A stretch of DNA of 32,000 nt from Alkanindiges sp. WGS2144 (lineage in GTDB: Bacteria; Pseudomonadota; Gammaproteobacteria; Pseudomonadales; Moraxellaceae). Numbering within the stretch: position 1 is the first letter of the stretch; each line of letters starts with the position of its first letter. The position numbers and the translations under genes are program-made. The notes under the pieces are model-generated. The model searched no databases. It had not been told where the DNA came from and saw nothing but the letters and a program-made list of their open reading frames with translations. Positions 1 to 8,699 of this stretch are shown here, one piece after another. The DNA lies in assembly GCF_043950625.1 (NCBI RefSeq), contig NZ_CP171007.1, one strand, 5' to 3'.

Positions 1-602
1 TGGACAATAGGCTTTTCATTAGGTTTAAGCTGCTTTAGTGCATCATCCATCATGTTTTTCACCAGACTATACACTGGCCTGCGCTGGGTCTTAAATGCAA
101 TAATTTCGCCATTAAATAAATCCATGATCGGTGACAGATATAACTTTTCGCCTCGCACATTAAACTCGGTCACATCAGTTACCCACTTATAGTTTGGCCT
201 ATCAGCCTTGAACTGACGCTGTAATACATTGTCAGCCACCTTGCCAACCTCTCCCTTATAAGAACGATATTTAACTATCCTGATCCGTGATTTAAGCCCC
301 ATCGACTGCATTAATCGTTGAACACACTTATGGTTAATGACATTGCCTAGATTCTTGAGTGTCAGTGTAATTCTGCGATAGCCATACCGCCCCTTATGCT
401 GATGATATATTGCCTTAATCTGCTGTTTTAGTTCACTATATTTATCATCCATTTTAAAACTCTGCTGATGATAAAAGTAGGTGCTGCGTGCCAGCTTCGC
501 TGCCCGTAGCAAGTGCTTTAGTGCGTGGATTTGCCTTAATTCTGAGATCAGTCTTGCAGCTTGCGCTGCTTGGCTTCCCGCTCCAGTCTTAAGGCTCTCC
601 GC
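1..602 (-). CDS. IS3-family transposase OrfB (DDE catalytic part), N-terminal about 200 codons, made as an OrfAB fusion by -1 frameshift; truncated by the window edge
   Basis: My hand translation of the -1 frame from 602 down to 1 is open throughout. It reads ...LISELRQIHALKHLLRAAKLARSTYFYHQQ...HKGRYGYRRITLTLKNLG...RPNYKWVTDVTEFNVRGEKLYLSPIMDLFNGEIIAF...KPIV. The YGYRRI and W.TD.TEF....KLYLSPI.DLF.GEI blocks are typical of the IS3 OrfB N-terminus and first catalytic Asp region. The frame is absent from the ORF track because it has no in-window start. Confidence 0.75.
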
Positions 603-1063
603 TTTTTTAAATAAGCATTCTCCGCACGTAGATATGCCAGCTCCTCAAGTAACTCAGCTTGCGTTTTATCACCGTCTGCTTTAGCTGGTAGTGGCTTTGA
701 CATGGTCTTGGGGCTTCCTCTTTGTTTTGGTTTTAAGCCAGCAATACCGTATTCCTTATATTGGCGCAACCATGAAGCAACCAAGGCAGAGCTTTTTAAA
801 CCTGAAGCTTTCATGGCTTCACGAATTGATAATCCTTCTTCTATTATAAAAAGAACAGTTTGCTGTTTTAATGCAAATGAATATTTGCTCTTTGAGTTGT
901 TGGTTTTTAACCCCTCTTCACCATAGAGCTGATAAATATCTACCCATTTACGGACATGTTCATCACTGATCTCAAAGTGCTTACTTACAGTTCGTCTACC
1001 ACTATTGGTAGATATGAAGTATTGAACAACTTTGAGTTTAAATTCTTGAGAATATTTAGCCAT
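548..1063 (-). CDS. IS3-family transposase OrfA (helix-turn-helix DNA-binding part)
   Basis: The ORF track gives 548..1117. I prefer the internal start MAKYSQEFKLKVV at 1063, which has AAGGG about 10 nt upstream. The double-HTH layout and the C-terminal leucine-zipper-like segment (ELLEELAYLRAENAYLKK) match my memory of IS150/IS3 OrfA. Confidence 0.85.
   Translation of the reverse strand: MAKYSQEFKLKVVQYFISTNSGRRTVSKHFEISDEHVRKWVDIYQLYGEEGLKTNNSKSKYSFALKQQTVLFIIEEGLSIREAMKASGLKSSALVASWLRQYKEYGIAGLKPKQRGSPKTMSKPLPAKADGDKTQAELLEELAYLRAENAYLKKRRALRLEREAKQRKLQD
602..608 (-). promoter_or_regulatory. Programmed -1 ribosomal frameshift heptamer A_AAA_AAG of the IS3 element
   Basis: The minus strand reads TTA AAA AAG CGG in the orfA frame (L K K R). 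This is X_XXY_YYZ in the zero frame, and the -1 frame downstream is open. Confidence 0.7.
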
Positions 1064-1155
1064 TAAAAAACACCCTTCAAATTGGATGGAGTGTCCAACT
1101 TTCGGGGTGCAGTTCATTGTTGGGGCTTTTAGGAAAAAAGAAAGGATAATACGAC

Positions 1156-2877
1156 TTAATGCTCCTGCGCACCTGATGCCCCAACGCCCGTCATGGAACG
1201 CACAAACTGGGCATCAAAGCCGGCTTTATCACGCGCGGCACGGGCAGATTTGTCAGTGACCGAGAATAGCCAGCAAGCTGTAAATGCCAGCAGCATGGAA
1301 AATAATGCCGGGTTGCTATACGCTAACGGCGCGGTATCGCCAAGACCCAGGGTATCTACCCACACCGCCTTGGTAAAGAAGATCATGATCACTGCACTGC
1401 TTAAACCCAGCCAGCCACCAATCACTGCACCACGGGTCGTTAAACCCTTCCAGAACATCGACAGTACCAGCACCGGAAAGTTAGCCGATGCGGCCACGGC
1501 AAAGGCCAGTCCTACCATAAAGGCCACGTTTTGTTTTTCAAACACAATGCCCAGGAACATGGCAAAAATAGCCAGGCCGACGGTAGCCATTTTGGACACG
1601 CGCAATTGGGATTCTTCAGTGGTTTGGCCTTTTTTAAACACGTTGGCATATAGGTCGTGCGATACCGATGAGGCACCAGACAGGGTTAAACCAGCTACCA
1701 CCGCCAAAATAGTGGCAAAGGCAACCGCTGAAATAAAGCCTAAAAACCAGTTACCACCCACGGCATGCGCCAGATGTACTGCCGCCATATTGCTACCGCC
1801 AATGAGTTCCAGCTTGCCAGTGAGCGCCATTTTGGCAGTATCCAGATAAGCTGGGTTTTGCGCCACAAACAATATGGCACCAAAACCAATAATAAAGGTA
1901 AGCAGGTAAAAATAGCCAATAAAACCAGTCGCATAAACTACCGATTTACGTGCTTCGTTGGCATCTTTTACCGTAAAAAAGCGCATCAGGATATGGGGCA
2001 AGCCGGCTGTACCAAACATTAAGGCCAGACCTAAGGAGATGGCATCAATAGGATTGGCAACCAGGCCGCCCGGGCCCATGATTTTACTGGCAGCTTCGCC
2101 AAGACTTAGCTGGTGTGCCTGACTATACACAGTAATGGCTTGCTCAAACATGCTGTTAAAGCTAAAGCCAGCTGCTTTTAATACCATAAAGGCCATAAAG
2201 CTGGCACCGCATAACAGCATGGCTGCCTTGATAATTTGCACCCAGGTGGTGGCTAGCATCCCGCCAAACATCACATAGGCCATCATCAGCAGGCCAACAA
2301 TCACAACGGCAATATTATAGTCCAGCCCAAACAGCAATTTAATCAGCTGTCCAGCCCCGACCATTTGTGCAATCAGGTAAAATGCCACCACTACGAGAGA
2401 GTTAACGGCCGCCATGGCCCGTACTGGTTTTTCTGCCAGCCGGAACGAGGCCACATCAGAAAAATTGTACTTACCCAGGTTACGTAAACGCTCAGCCACT
2501 AAAAACAAAACAATGGGCCAGCCCACCATAAAGCCAAGTGAGTACAGCAGGCCGTCGTAGCCGGAGCTAAATACCATGGCCGAAATACCCAAAAATGACG
2601 CAGCCGACATAAAATCGCCAGCAATCGCCAGACCGTTTTGAAAGCCGGTAATGCCACCACCTGCGGTATAAAAATCACGGGTGGATGTGGTTCTGGCTGC
2701 GGCCCATTTGGTAATCAGCAAGGTAGCCGCTACAAACAGCACAAACATGATGATGGCTGTCCAGTTGGTCGCCTGCTTTTCTGCTGCACCCAGATCAGGT
2801 GAGGCACAGGCCAGATTGCTGACCAGTCCACCAAGGCTAACCAGGCCAGCACTAAAATAGGTATTAATCTGCCGCAT
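1156..2877 (-). CDS. actP: Cation/acetate symporter ActP (SSS/SLC5 family)
   Basis: 573 aa. It is near-collinear with my memory of E. coli ActP (NW.AIIMF..., [67 protein letters not shown]). Its start overlaps the upstream yjcH homolog by 14 nt, as in acs-yjcH-actP operons. Confidence 0.95.
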   Translation of the reverse strand: MRQINTYFSAGLVSLGGLVSNLACASPDLGAAEKQATNWTAIIMFVLFVAATLLITKWAAARTTSTRDFYTAGGGITGFQNGLAIAGDFMSAASFLGISAMVFSSGYDGLLYSLGFMVGWPIVLFLVAERLRNLGKYNFSDVASFRLAEKPVRAMAAVNSLVVVAFYLIAQMVGAGQLIKLLFGLDYNIAVVIVGLLMMAYVMFGGMLATTWVQIIKAAMLLCGASFMAFMVLKAAGFSFNSMFEQAITVYSQAHQLSLGEAASKIMGPGGLVANPIDAISLGLALMFGTAGLPHILMRFFTVKDANEARKSVVYATGFIGYFYLLTFIIGFGAILFVAQNPAYLDTAKMALTGKLELIGGSNMAAVHLAHAVGGNWFLGFISAVAFATILAVVAGLTLSGASSVSHDLYANVFKKGQTTEESQLRVSKMATVGLAIFAMFLGIVFEKQNVAFMVGLAFAVAASANFPVLVLSMFWKGLTTRGAVIGGWLGLSSAVIMIFFTKAVWVDTLGLGDTAPLAYSNPALFSMLLAFTACWLFSVTDKSARAARDKAGFDAQFVRSMTGVGASGAQEH

Positions 2878-3232
2878 GGTGCTTCACTCCCTGATTGCCG
2901 GCTTTAATGTCTTTGACCACTTCCTGGGTCAGGCGCTCGTATTCACCATTGGCAAGCGCTGCATAAATGGCACTTAACACAAAAGCGGCCACAATGACGC
3001 CAATACCGAGGGGAATCCCCCAGGTCACTACACCACTAAATGAGCTATGCAGAAAATCTGAGGCATAGGCCACCAGCAGGATAAAACCAATGTAGATAAA
3101 CAGCATGAGTGCGGCCAGGCTCCAGCTTAACACCCGCTTTTTATGTACCAGCTCCCTGAATTTGGGGTTTTGCAGGATGGCTTGCACCTGACTGTCGTTG
3201 TCAGCATATTCTGAGTCATGTTCCATATTCAC
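2864..3232 (-). CDS. yjcH: DUF485 inner-membrane protein (YjcH-like), co-transcribed with actP
   Basis: 122 aa with two TM helices. The motifs FRELV.K, YIGFILL.A, GIP.G.GVIV..FVL..IY...ANGE..RL match YjcH. It overlaps the actP start by 14 nt. Confidence 0.85.
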   Translation of the reverse strand: MNMEHDSEYADNDSQVQAILQNPKFRELVHKKRVLSWSLAALMLFIYIGFILLVAYASDFLHSSFSGVVTWGIPLGIGVIVAAFVLSAIYAALANGEYERLTQEVVKDIKAGNQGVKHHAAD

Positions 3233-3339
3233 CTCGCCTTGTTTTTAGCTTCATCATCGAGCCTACCGTGGCTGTCGAATGTTTATTCGCCAATTGTTCT
3301 GTATTGGACAGTAACAACTTGCGCTACACTTGAAACTTA

Positions 3340-3364
3340 GACTTTGGTGGATAATGACTTTGGT
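3340..3364. promoter_or_regulatory. Direct repeat of GACTTTGGT (3340..3348 and 3356..3364, 16 bp apart) in the yjcH-actP / sensor-kinase divergent region; candidate regulator binding site
   Basis: Read directly: cttaGACTTTGGTggataatGACTTTGGTctagc. The same 8-9-mer recurs at 7136, 12521 and, as a variant, at 10749 (see findings). Confidence 0.4.
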
Positions 3365-3417
3365 CTAGCAAAAATAATTGACGAGTAATCGCCCGCTATG
3401 ATGCAAGGATGTAATCG

Positions 3418-6400
3418 ATGAGTGTACTCATGAATAGCTGGATCATTATTGGCGTGCTGGCGCTTTATATTGCGGCTTTATTTGCCTGTGCGTTTTTTGG
3501 TGAAAAATATGCCAGCCGTTTAAGCGCGCGCGGGCGGGTATTATTATTTAGCCTGACCCTGGGAGTGTACTGCTCATCCTGGACATTCTATGGCGCCGTG
3601 GGTGAAACGGTCAGAAATGGCATCGGCTTTTTGCCAATCTATTTAGGGCCGCTGCTGTTTATGTGGTTTGCCTATGATATCTGGCGGCGTCTGGGTCAGA
3701 TTCGCCAACATCAGTCTATTTCATCCATTGCAGATTTTATTGCTGCGCGCTATGGCAAGTCCGGTGGGCTGGCGGCACTGGTCACTATTCTGGCAGTCAT
3801 TGCCATTTTGCCCTATCTGGCACTGCAATTACGTGCAGTGGCTATGAGTACTGTGGTTCTGCTTGGCGAGCAACAAAATGCCGCCTCTACCACGCAGGGG
3901 GTCATGATTTTAACTGCCTTACTGGCTGGCATTGCCATGCTGTTTGGTACGCGGCAGCTGGCTCATAGTGAGCAACATGGCGGCCTGATGGTCGCCGTGG
4001 CCTTTGAATCTGCGGTTAAGCTATTTGCTTTGCTCATGGTCAGCATGTTTACCCTGTTTTTTAGCCAGCATCCCTTCCCCCTGCTCCAGCATGATGTGAT
4101 CAGTACACTACAAACTGTGCAATACAGTGGCCTGCCCAGTTCTTTCTGGACACAAACCCTGCTGGCTGCAGCAGCCATTATCTGCCTGCCGCGCCAGTTT
4201 CATGTGGCGGTGGTTGAGCTAAAAGACCAGCGTCATATTCGCGGTGCGCGTTTCTGGTTTTCGCTATATCTAGTGCTTATGGTGGTTGCCATCGTACCCA
4301 TTGCCAGCTGGGCACTGCATATGCCTACCAGTCTTTTGCCTATTCCCGATCTTGCCGTACTCATGCTGCCTATTTTGCATGATCAGGCCTGGCTGGCGTT
4401 ACTGGCTTTTATTGGTGGATTCTCTGCCGCAACCGGTATGCTGCTGGTGGCCACACTGGCTTTATCTATCATGCTCAGCAACGATTTGATCCTGCCTGCT
4501 TTATGGCGGTTTAACCTATTACACAGGCAGGATCAGCGTCTGGCGTTCTGGATTAAAATGATCCGGCGTGTATGCATTGCACTGGTCATGTTGCTGGGCT
4601 TTTTGGTCTATCGGTTGCTGTCGGATATTAACCAGCTCTCTGCTTTTGGCCTGCTGGCTTTTAGTGCGGTGATTCAGTTTGCGCCAGCCCTGATTGGCGG
4701 ACTTTACTGGCGTGGGGGTAGCCGGCAGGGCGTGGTAGCAGGCCTGCTGGCGGGCTTTACCCTGTGGGGCTATACGCTGTTCTGGCCAGCAATTTTACGT
4801 AATATGCCTGCTGTGCATCAGGACTGGGCATTGGCCATGCTGCATCAGGGCATCTGGGGGTTAGGCTGGCTTAAACCCGAAGCACTATTAGGCTTTGCGT
4901 CGCTTGATCCTCTGACTCATGGAGTCGTATGGTCACTGGGGCTTAATCTGCTGTTATTTGTCGGGGTGTCCCGATATAAACGCTTGAGTATTGCCGAACA
5001 AATCCAGACCGAAAATTTTTTCCAGTTTGATCTAGCTCCTGCCACTCTCCCTACCAGCACAGATACATCACAGAGCAATAGGGAACTGGCAATTGAAAGG
5101 TCAAACCATTTTGATTACGGACAGGGACATACCCGGCTCACCATCGGCGATTTAATTGCGTTGTCTGCCCGTATCAACGGTTCACAAAAAACCGAAGCGG
5201 CCTTTATCCAGTTTGCCAGCGACCAGCAGCTGCATTTTGATAAAAATATGCTGGCCGATCATCACTGGTGGCGCTTTACCGAGCAATATCTGGCTCAGGC
5301 AGTGGGCGCTGCCTCGGCACGTACGTTGCTCACGACCGCGCTGGTTGATAATGGTCTGGCCGTGGGGCAGGTGGTGAATATTCTGGATCAGGCCTCGCGC
5401 TGGCAACGTTTTAACCAGAGCCTGCTCATGACCATGATGAACCATATGACGCAGGCGGTTAGTGTAGTGGATGCTGATATGCGTCTGGTGGCCTGGAACA
5501 AGCGTTATATTGAGCTGTTTGATTATCCGGAAGACTTTGTATATGTCGGCTGTCCAGTAGCCAACCTGATCCGTTACAACGCTGAACGGGGCGAATGCGG
5601 GCCGGGCGATGTAGAAACCCATGTTAACAAGCGTATTGGCTGGATGCGTGCTGGTAATGCCCATGAATTTGAGCGGCAACGTGCTGATGGCCGGATTATA
5701 GAAATGCGGGGCTATCCCATTAGCGGTGGCGGTTTTGTGACTACCTATGCCGATATTACTGTGTTCCGGCATACCGAGGCGTTGCTGGAAGCACGGGTAC
5801 AGGAACGCACCCGGCAGCTGGAAACCGCCTTGCATGAGCAGCAAAGTGCCCGCCAGCAGGCCGATCTGGCCAATATGTCCAAAACTCGATTTGTGGCCGC
5901 TGCCAGCCATGACCTGCTACAGCCCATGCACGCAGCCCGCCTGTTTGCCGCTGCGCTGGAGCAGGCCGAACTGGCACCCACAGAACAACAAACCCTACAA
6001 CAGCTGGATCGTGCTTTGCATGGGGCAGAAAGTATTCTGTCAGCGCTACTGGATATTGCCCGGCTGGATGGCAATGGCATAAAGCCCAATATTGCTGATT
6101 TTGCCCTGGCTGAACTACTGCATGATTTACAGGTGCAATTTAGCCCGGTTGCCGAGCAGCGTAACCTGAAACTGCATGTATACCAAAGCAGCTTATGGAT
6201 CAAGACCGATCCACAATGGCTACGGCGTATGCTGCAAAACCTGGTCAGCAATGCCCTGCGCTATACCGCTCAGGGGCGTGTCGTCGTCGGGGTACGCACA
6301 TCCCGGCAGCAACCCGGTTATTTGCAGCTTGGCGTCTGGGATACTGGGCCTGGTATTTCGCCACAACAACAGGCACATCTATTTGCCGAATTCCAGCGCG

Positions 6401-6951
6401 GTGGTCATCCTTCACCGTGGGGTGAACAAGGTATAGGCCTTGGACTTGCCATTGTTGACCGTATGGCAAAACGACTAAACCATCCAATCCGCTTTCATTC
6501 CGTAGTGGGTAAGGGTTCCTGTTTTATGCTGGAGCTACCTGTGGTTACCGCACAGCATCCGGTCAGTACACCGGTTATTGCTGCCCAGCATGCCCTTAAC
6601 CAGCTAAAAGTGCTGTGCGTGGACAATGACCCCACTATCCTGCAAGGCATGCAGGTGCTTTTGAGCAAATGGGGCTGTACACTCTTTTTGGCACAAACCC
6701 CGGAACAGGCCAGACAAATTCTGGCACAGCAACCTATACAGGTATTACTGGTTGACCAGCATCTGGAAGCCGATATTGAAGGACTGGACTTCTTGCACCA
6801 GTACAACAAACGTCAATTACCGGCGGCGCTCATTACCGCAGACAGTGATCCGCAACTGCCTTTGCGGGTCAAGGAGATGGGTATTGTGCTACTTAAAAAA
6901 CCACTCAAGCCAGCTGCATTACGGGCATTTTTGGCTGGTATCGTGACTTAA
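3418..6951 (+). CDS. crbS: Hybrid sensor histidine kinase with an N-terminal SLC5/sodium-solute-symporter-like domain, then STAC-like, PAS, HisKA, HATPase and C-terminal receiver domains (CrbS-type)
   Basis: 1177 aa. The first ~520 aa are polytopic membrane protein. A PAS-like block follows (VVDADMRLVAWNKRYIELF...GGGFVTTYADIT). The H-box is FVAAASHDLLQPMHA, the N box NLVSNALRYT, and the G boxes DTGPGI and GIGLGLAIV. The receiver has DND, LLVDQHL, ITAD and KKP. A transporter-fused hybrid kinase next to a LuxR-type RR and acs fits the CrbS/CrbR acetate-switch system described in Vibrio and Pseudomonas. The symbol is assigned by architecture and context, not by a search. Confidence 0.7.
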   Translation: MSVLMNSWIIIGVLALYIAALFACAFFGEKYASRLSARGRVLLFSLTLGVYCSSWTFYGAVGETVRNGIGFLPIYLGPLLFMWFAYDIWRRLGQIRQHQSISSIADFIAARYGKSGGLAALVTILAVIAILPYLALQLRAVAMSTVVLLGEQQNAASTTQGVMILTALLAGIAMLFGTRQLAHSEQHGGLMVAVAFESAVKLFALLMVSMFTLFFSQHPFPLLQHDVISTLQTVQYSGLPSSFWTQTLLAAAAIICLPRQFHVAVVELKDQRHIRGARFWFSLYLVLMVVAIVPIASWALHMPTSLLPIPDLAVLMLPILHDQAWLALLAFIGGFSAATGMLLVATLALSIMLSNDLILPALWRFNLLHRQDQRLAFWIKMIRRVCIALVMLLGFLVYRLLSDINQLSAFGLLAFSAVIQFAPALIGGLYWRGGSRQGVVAGLLAGFTLWGYTLFWPAILRNMPAVHQDWALAMLHQGIWGLGWLKPEALLGFASLDPLTHGVVWSLGLNLLLFVGVSRYKRLSIAEQIQTENFFQFDLAPATLPTSTDTSQSNRELAIERSNHFDYGQGHTRLTIGDLIALSARINGSQKTEAAFIQFASDQQLHFDKNMLADHHWWRFTEQYLAQAVGAASARTLLTTALVDNGLAVGQVVNILDQASRWQRFNQSLLMTMMNHMTQAVSVVDADMRLVAWNKRYIELFDYPEDFVYVGCPVANLIRYNAERGECGPGDVETHVNKRIGWMRAGNAHEFERQRADGRIIEMRGYPISGGGFVTTYADITVFRHTEALLEARVQERTRQLETALHEQQSARQQADLANMSKTRFVAAASHDLLQPMHAARLFAAALEQAELAPTEQQTLQQLDRALHGAESILSALLDIARLDGNGIKPNIADFALAELLHDLQVQFSPVAEQRNLKLHVYQSSLWIKTDPQWLRRMLQNLVSNALRYTAQGRVVVGVRTSRQQPGYLQLGVWDTGPGISPQQQAHLFAEFQRGGHPSPWGEQGIGLGLAIVDRMAKRLNHPIRFHSVVGKGSCFMLELPVVTAQHPVSTPVIAAQHALNQLKVLCVDNDPTILQGMQVLLSKWGCTLFLAQTPEQARQILAQQPIQVLLVDQHLEADIEGLDFLHQYNKRQLPAALITADSDPQLPLRVKEMGIVLLKKPLKPAALRAFLAGIVT

Positions 6952-7135
6952 CTCATAGAAAATACAATTTCAATACACAGCGCTTTGTTTCAATACGGGG
7001 ATAACTGATTATTTTTTAAACTATTAGGTCATTAACTGCTGATAGCCCGTTTTAAGTTGAATACAGAAGCTGCAGATACTGATTTATACAATCAGGGGTC
7101 GTGCAGTGGCTTAGCCCAGCCAGCTGTTGTGATGA

Positions 7136-7144
7136 ACCAAAGTC
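7136..7144 (+). promoter_or_regulatory. ACCAAAGTC box (reverse complement of GACTTTGGT) 15 nt upstream of the 7159 ATG, flanked by a TGAACCA direct repeat (7133..7139 and 7150..7156)
   Basis: Read directly: gtgaTGAACCAAAGTCgtgggTGAACCAgtATG. Confidence 0.3.
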
Positions 7145-7158
7145 GTGGGTGAACCAGT

Positions 7159-7932
7159 ATGAGTGCTTCAACTTTAAATTCCGAAACCGATCTGACCCAG
7201 AAATTCCACTGTAACTATAGTGCCAACCATCTTTTGCCCACTATTCACTGGAATAGCCTGCTCAGCCAGAACCAGCTCCACCCCAGCCATGTGCTGGCGC
7301 TACAAACCATTTATGAAGTGACAGTACCACTGGCACTGACCACGTTACAGCGGTTGAATATTGATATCTTTGCTCCGCATGAAAAAAAGCCCCAGGGACT
7401 GGATTTATTTAACAAGTTACGCGCCCTGGAACCCAGATTGATTGAGCAACTGGCACAAGCCACTGCCTCACTTGACCATCAGGTACGGCACCAGATCTGG
7501 AGCATGATGCTACGCGGTGCTGCTATTTTAGTGTTCAAGGCATGGCTGGGCAAGGTAAAAACCGGCGAAGACCGTATTGACCTGACTTATTTTAATGAAC
7601 TGGGTGACTTGCTATGGCTGGAAGTTGATCCCTATGCACTGGCTGCCCGGCTTAATGTTGACCTGTCACAAAGTGGGGAACATCTGGTACTGTTTTATCA
7701 GGATCGGGTATTGCTGGATCGCTTTAATAACCTGGCTACGGCTGAACTGTTTGTCAATCTGGGTTTGTACGATGCGGTATTTTTAGCCTTGAGTGATGAA
7801 AAAGTATGTGCTCACTTTATTGATCAGGGACTCGTCAGCCAGAATCAGGTTGATGACCTAATGGACTCGCTAAACCCGCTGTTTACCGATTTGCCGCAAA
7901 CCCGGCACCGCGTAGTGCAGTTTTACCATTAA
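7159..7932 (+). CDS. Hypothetical soluble protein, 257 aa, no family recognised
   Basis: A long ORF with GGTGA 7 nt upstream of the ATG and a strong intrinsic terminator about 25 nt after the stop. There are no TM segments and no motif I can assign. It lies between the sensor kinase and the response regulator/acs genes. Confidence 0.6.
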   Translation: MSASTLNSETDLTQKFHCNYSANHLLPTIHWNSLLSQNQLHPSHVLALQTIYEVTVPLALTTLQRLNIDIFAPHEKKPQGLDLFNKLRALEPRLIEQLAQATASLDHQVRHQIWSMMLRGAAILVFKAWLGKVKTGEDRIDLTYFNELGDLLWLEVDPYALAARLNVDLSQSGEHLVLFYQDRVLLDRFNNLATAELFVNLGLYDAVFLALSDEKVCAHFIDQGLVSQNQVDDLMDSLNPLFTDLPQTRHRVVQFYH

Positions 7933-7957
7933 TCTCCAAATAGAAAACTTAAACCAA

Positions 7958-7986
7958 GAAAGCCATCAATCCCGATGGCTTTTTTA
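7958..7986 (+). terminator. Rho-independent terminator after the 257-aa ORF; may also act weakly on the convergent acs-regulator transcript
   Basis: aAGCCATC-aatccc-GATGGCTttttt: a 7-8 bp GC-containing stem followed by a T5 run. Confidence 0.7.
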
Positions 7987-8051
7987 TACCCATACACCGT
8001 TCTTAAAATAAAGCCCGAAATTTTCAAAGCTTATTTTTTAAGGATGTTTCT

Positions 8052-8699
8052 TTAAAGCCGGGGCTCTTCAATATTTAATGTACTAATGGCCAGCACGGCC
8101 TGAGTGCGGTTTTGTACACCCAGTTTTCTGAAAATGGCCGTAACATGCGCTTTGATAGTAGCTTCTGAAACATCCAGCTCATAAGCAATCTGCTTATTTA
8201 ACAACCCTTCTGCCACCATCATTAGCACCCGGAACTGCTGGGGCGTCAAGGCTTTGATACGCTCAGCAAAGTCGGCTTCTTCACGTGCTCGCGGATCGTG
8301 CAGATTCAGGGGCAGATTGGGCGGTACCCAGGTATCTCCTTCCAGAACCGCACGCAAGGCTTCCCCGATATGATGCGGCGGGGCAGATTTGGGAATATAA
8401 GCCACTGCCCCATGCGCCATGGCACGCTGAATCACCGACGCTTCCTCGTGAGCAGACACCACCACAATGGGAATGGCCGGATACTGTGCCCGCACATGCA
8501 CCAGTGCCGAAAAACCTGAAGCCCCCGGCAAGTGCAAGTCCAGCAGGACAATATCCGGTTCTGGCCCATCTTCCAGCCGGGCATAAAATTCGCTGACTGT
8601 GGCTGTTTCACCAATATGCGCCTGAGGCAGGCTGTAGCGTACGGCCTGAATCAGCGCATGGCGAAATAACGGATGATCATCAACAATGAGTATGTTCAT
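8052..8699 (-). CDS. crbR: NarL/FixJ (LuxR-HTH) family response regulator, CrbR-like
   Basis: 215 aa. The receiver has [19 protein letters not shown] and IPKS. The C-terminal LuxR HTH reads [51 protein letters not shown]. Its ATG at 8699 lies 20 nt inside the 3' end of acs. Confidence 0.75.
   Translation of the reverse strand: MNILIVDDHPLFRHALIQAVRYSLPQAHIGETATVSEFYARLEDGPEPDIVLLDLHLPGASGFSALVHVRAQYPAIPIVVVSAHEEASVIQRAMAHGAVAYIPKSAPPHHIGEALRAVLEGDTWVPPNLPLNLHDPRAREEADFAERIKALTPQQFRVLMMVAEGLLNKQIAYELDVSEATIKAHVTAIFRKLGVQNRTQAVLAISTLNIEEPRL

Larger units (their letters stand above)
1..1116 (-). mobile_element. IS3-family (IS150-group-like) insertion sequence, partial; its 5' end lies in the window and it continues past position 1
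   Basis: There are two overlapping transposase frames, orfA and orfB, joined by an A_AAA_AAG slippery site. The minus strand from 1116 reads TGAACTGCACCCCGAAAGTTGGACA. That starts with the TG typical of IS3-family terminal inverted repeats and lies about 50 nt upstream of the orfA ATG. The boundary at 1116 is inferred, because the other end is outside the window. Confidence 0.75.

Noticed and set aside
1193-1849. 218-aa + strand ORF opposite actP, and similar antisense ORFs opposite acs, the porin gene, waaA, glmM, guaB and aceE
   Set aside because: Same reasoning. Each is fully nested antisense to a gene with strong family motifs, and the translations look non-protein-like.
3305-3322. Sigma54-like TGGACA…CTTGC in the yjcH/kinase divergent region
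   Set aside because: The GG-to-GC spacing is 15 nt rather than the required 12. The associated regulator is LuxR-type, not an NtrC-type enhancer-binding protein.
5182-6251. Long antisense ORFs (242 aa at 5182..5910, 168 aa at 5745..6251, and others) inside the sensor-kinase gene
   Set aside because: They lie entirely within a well-supported + strand gene. Their products are low-complexity (Ala/Arg/Ser/Cys/His-rich) with no recognisable motif and no SD. This is typical of stop-poor antisense frames in mid-to-high GC coding DNA.
7159-7932. Possibility that the 257-aa ORF is the missing HPt phosphotransfer protein for the hybrid kinase
   Set aside because: It has no HxxKG-type phospho-histidine motif. 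The nearest candidate (RHQIWSMMLRGAA) does not fit, and the protein is much larger than a four-helix HPt. Kept only as an open question, not a call.
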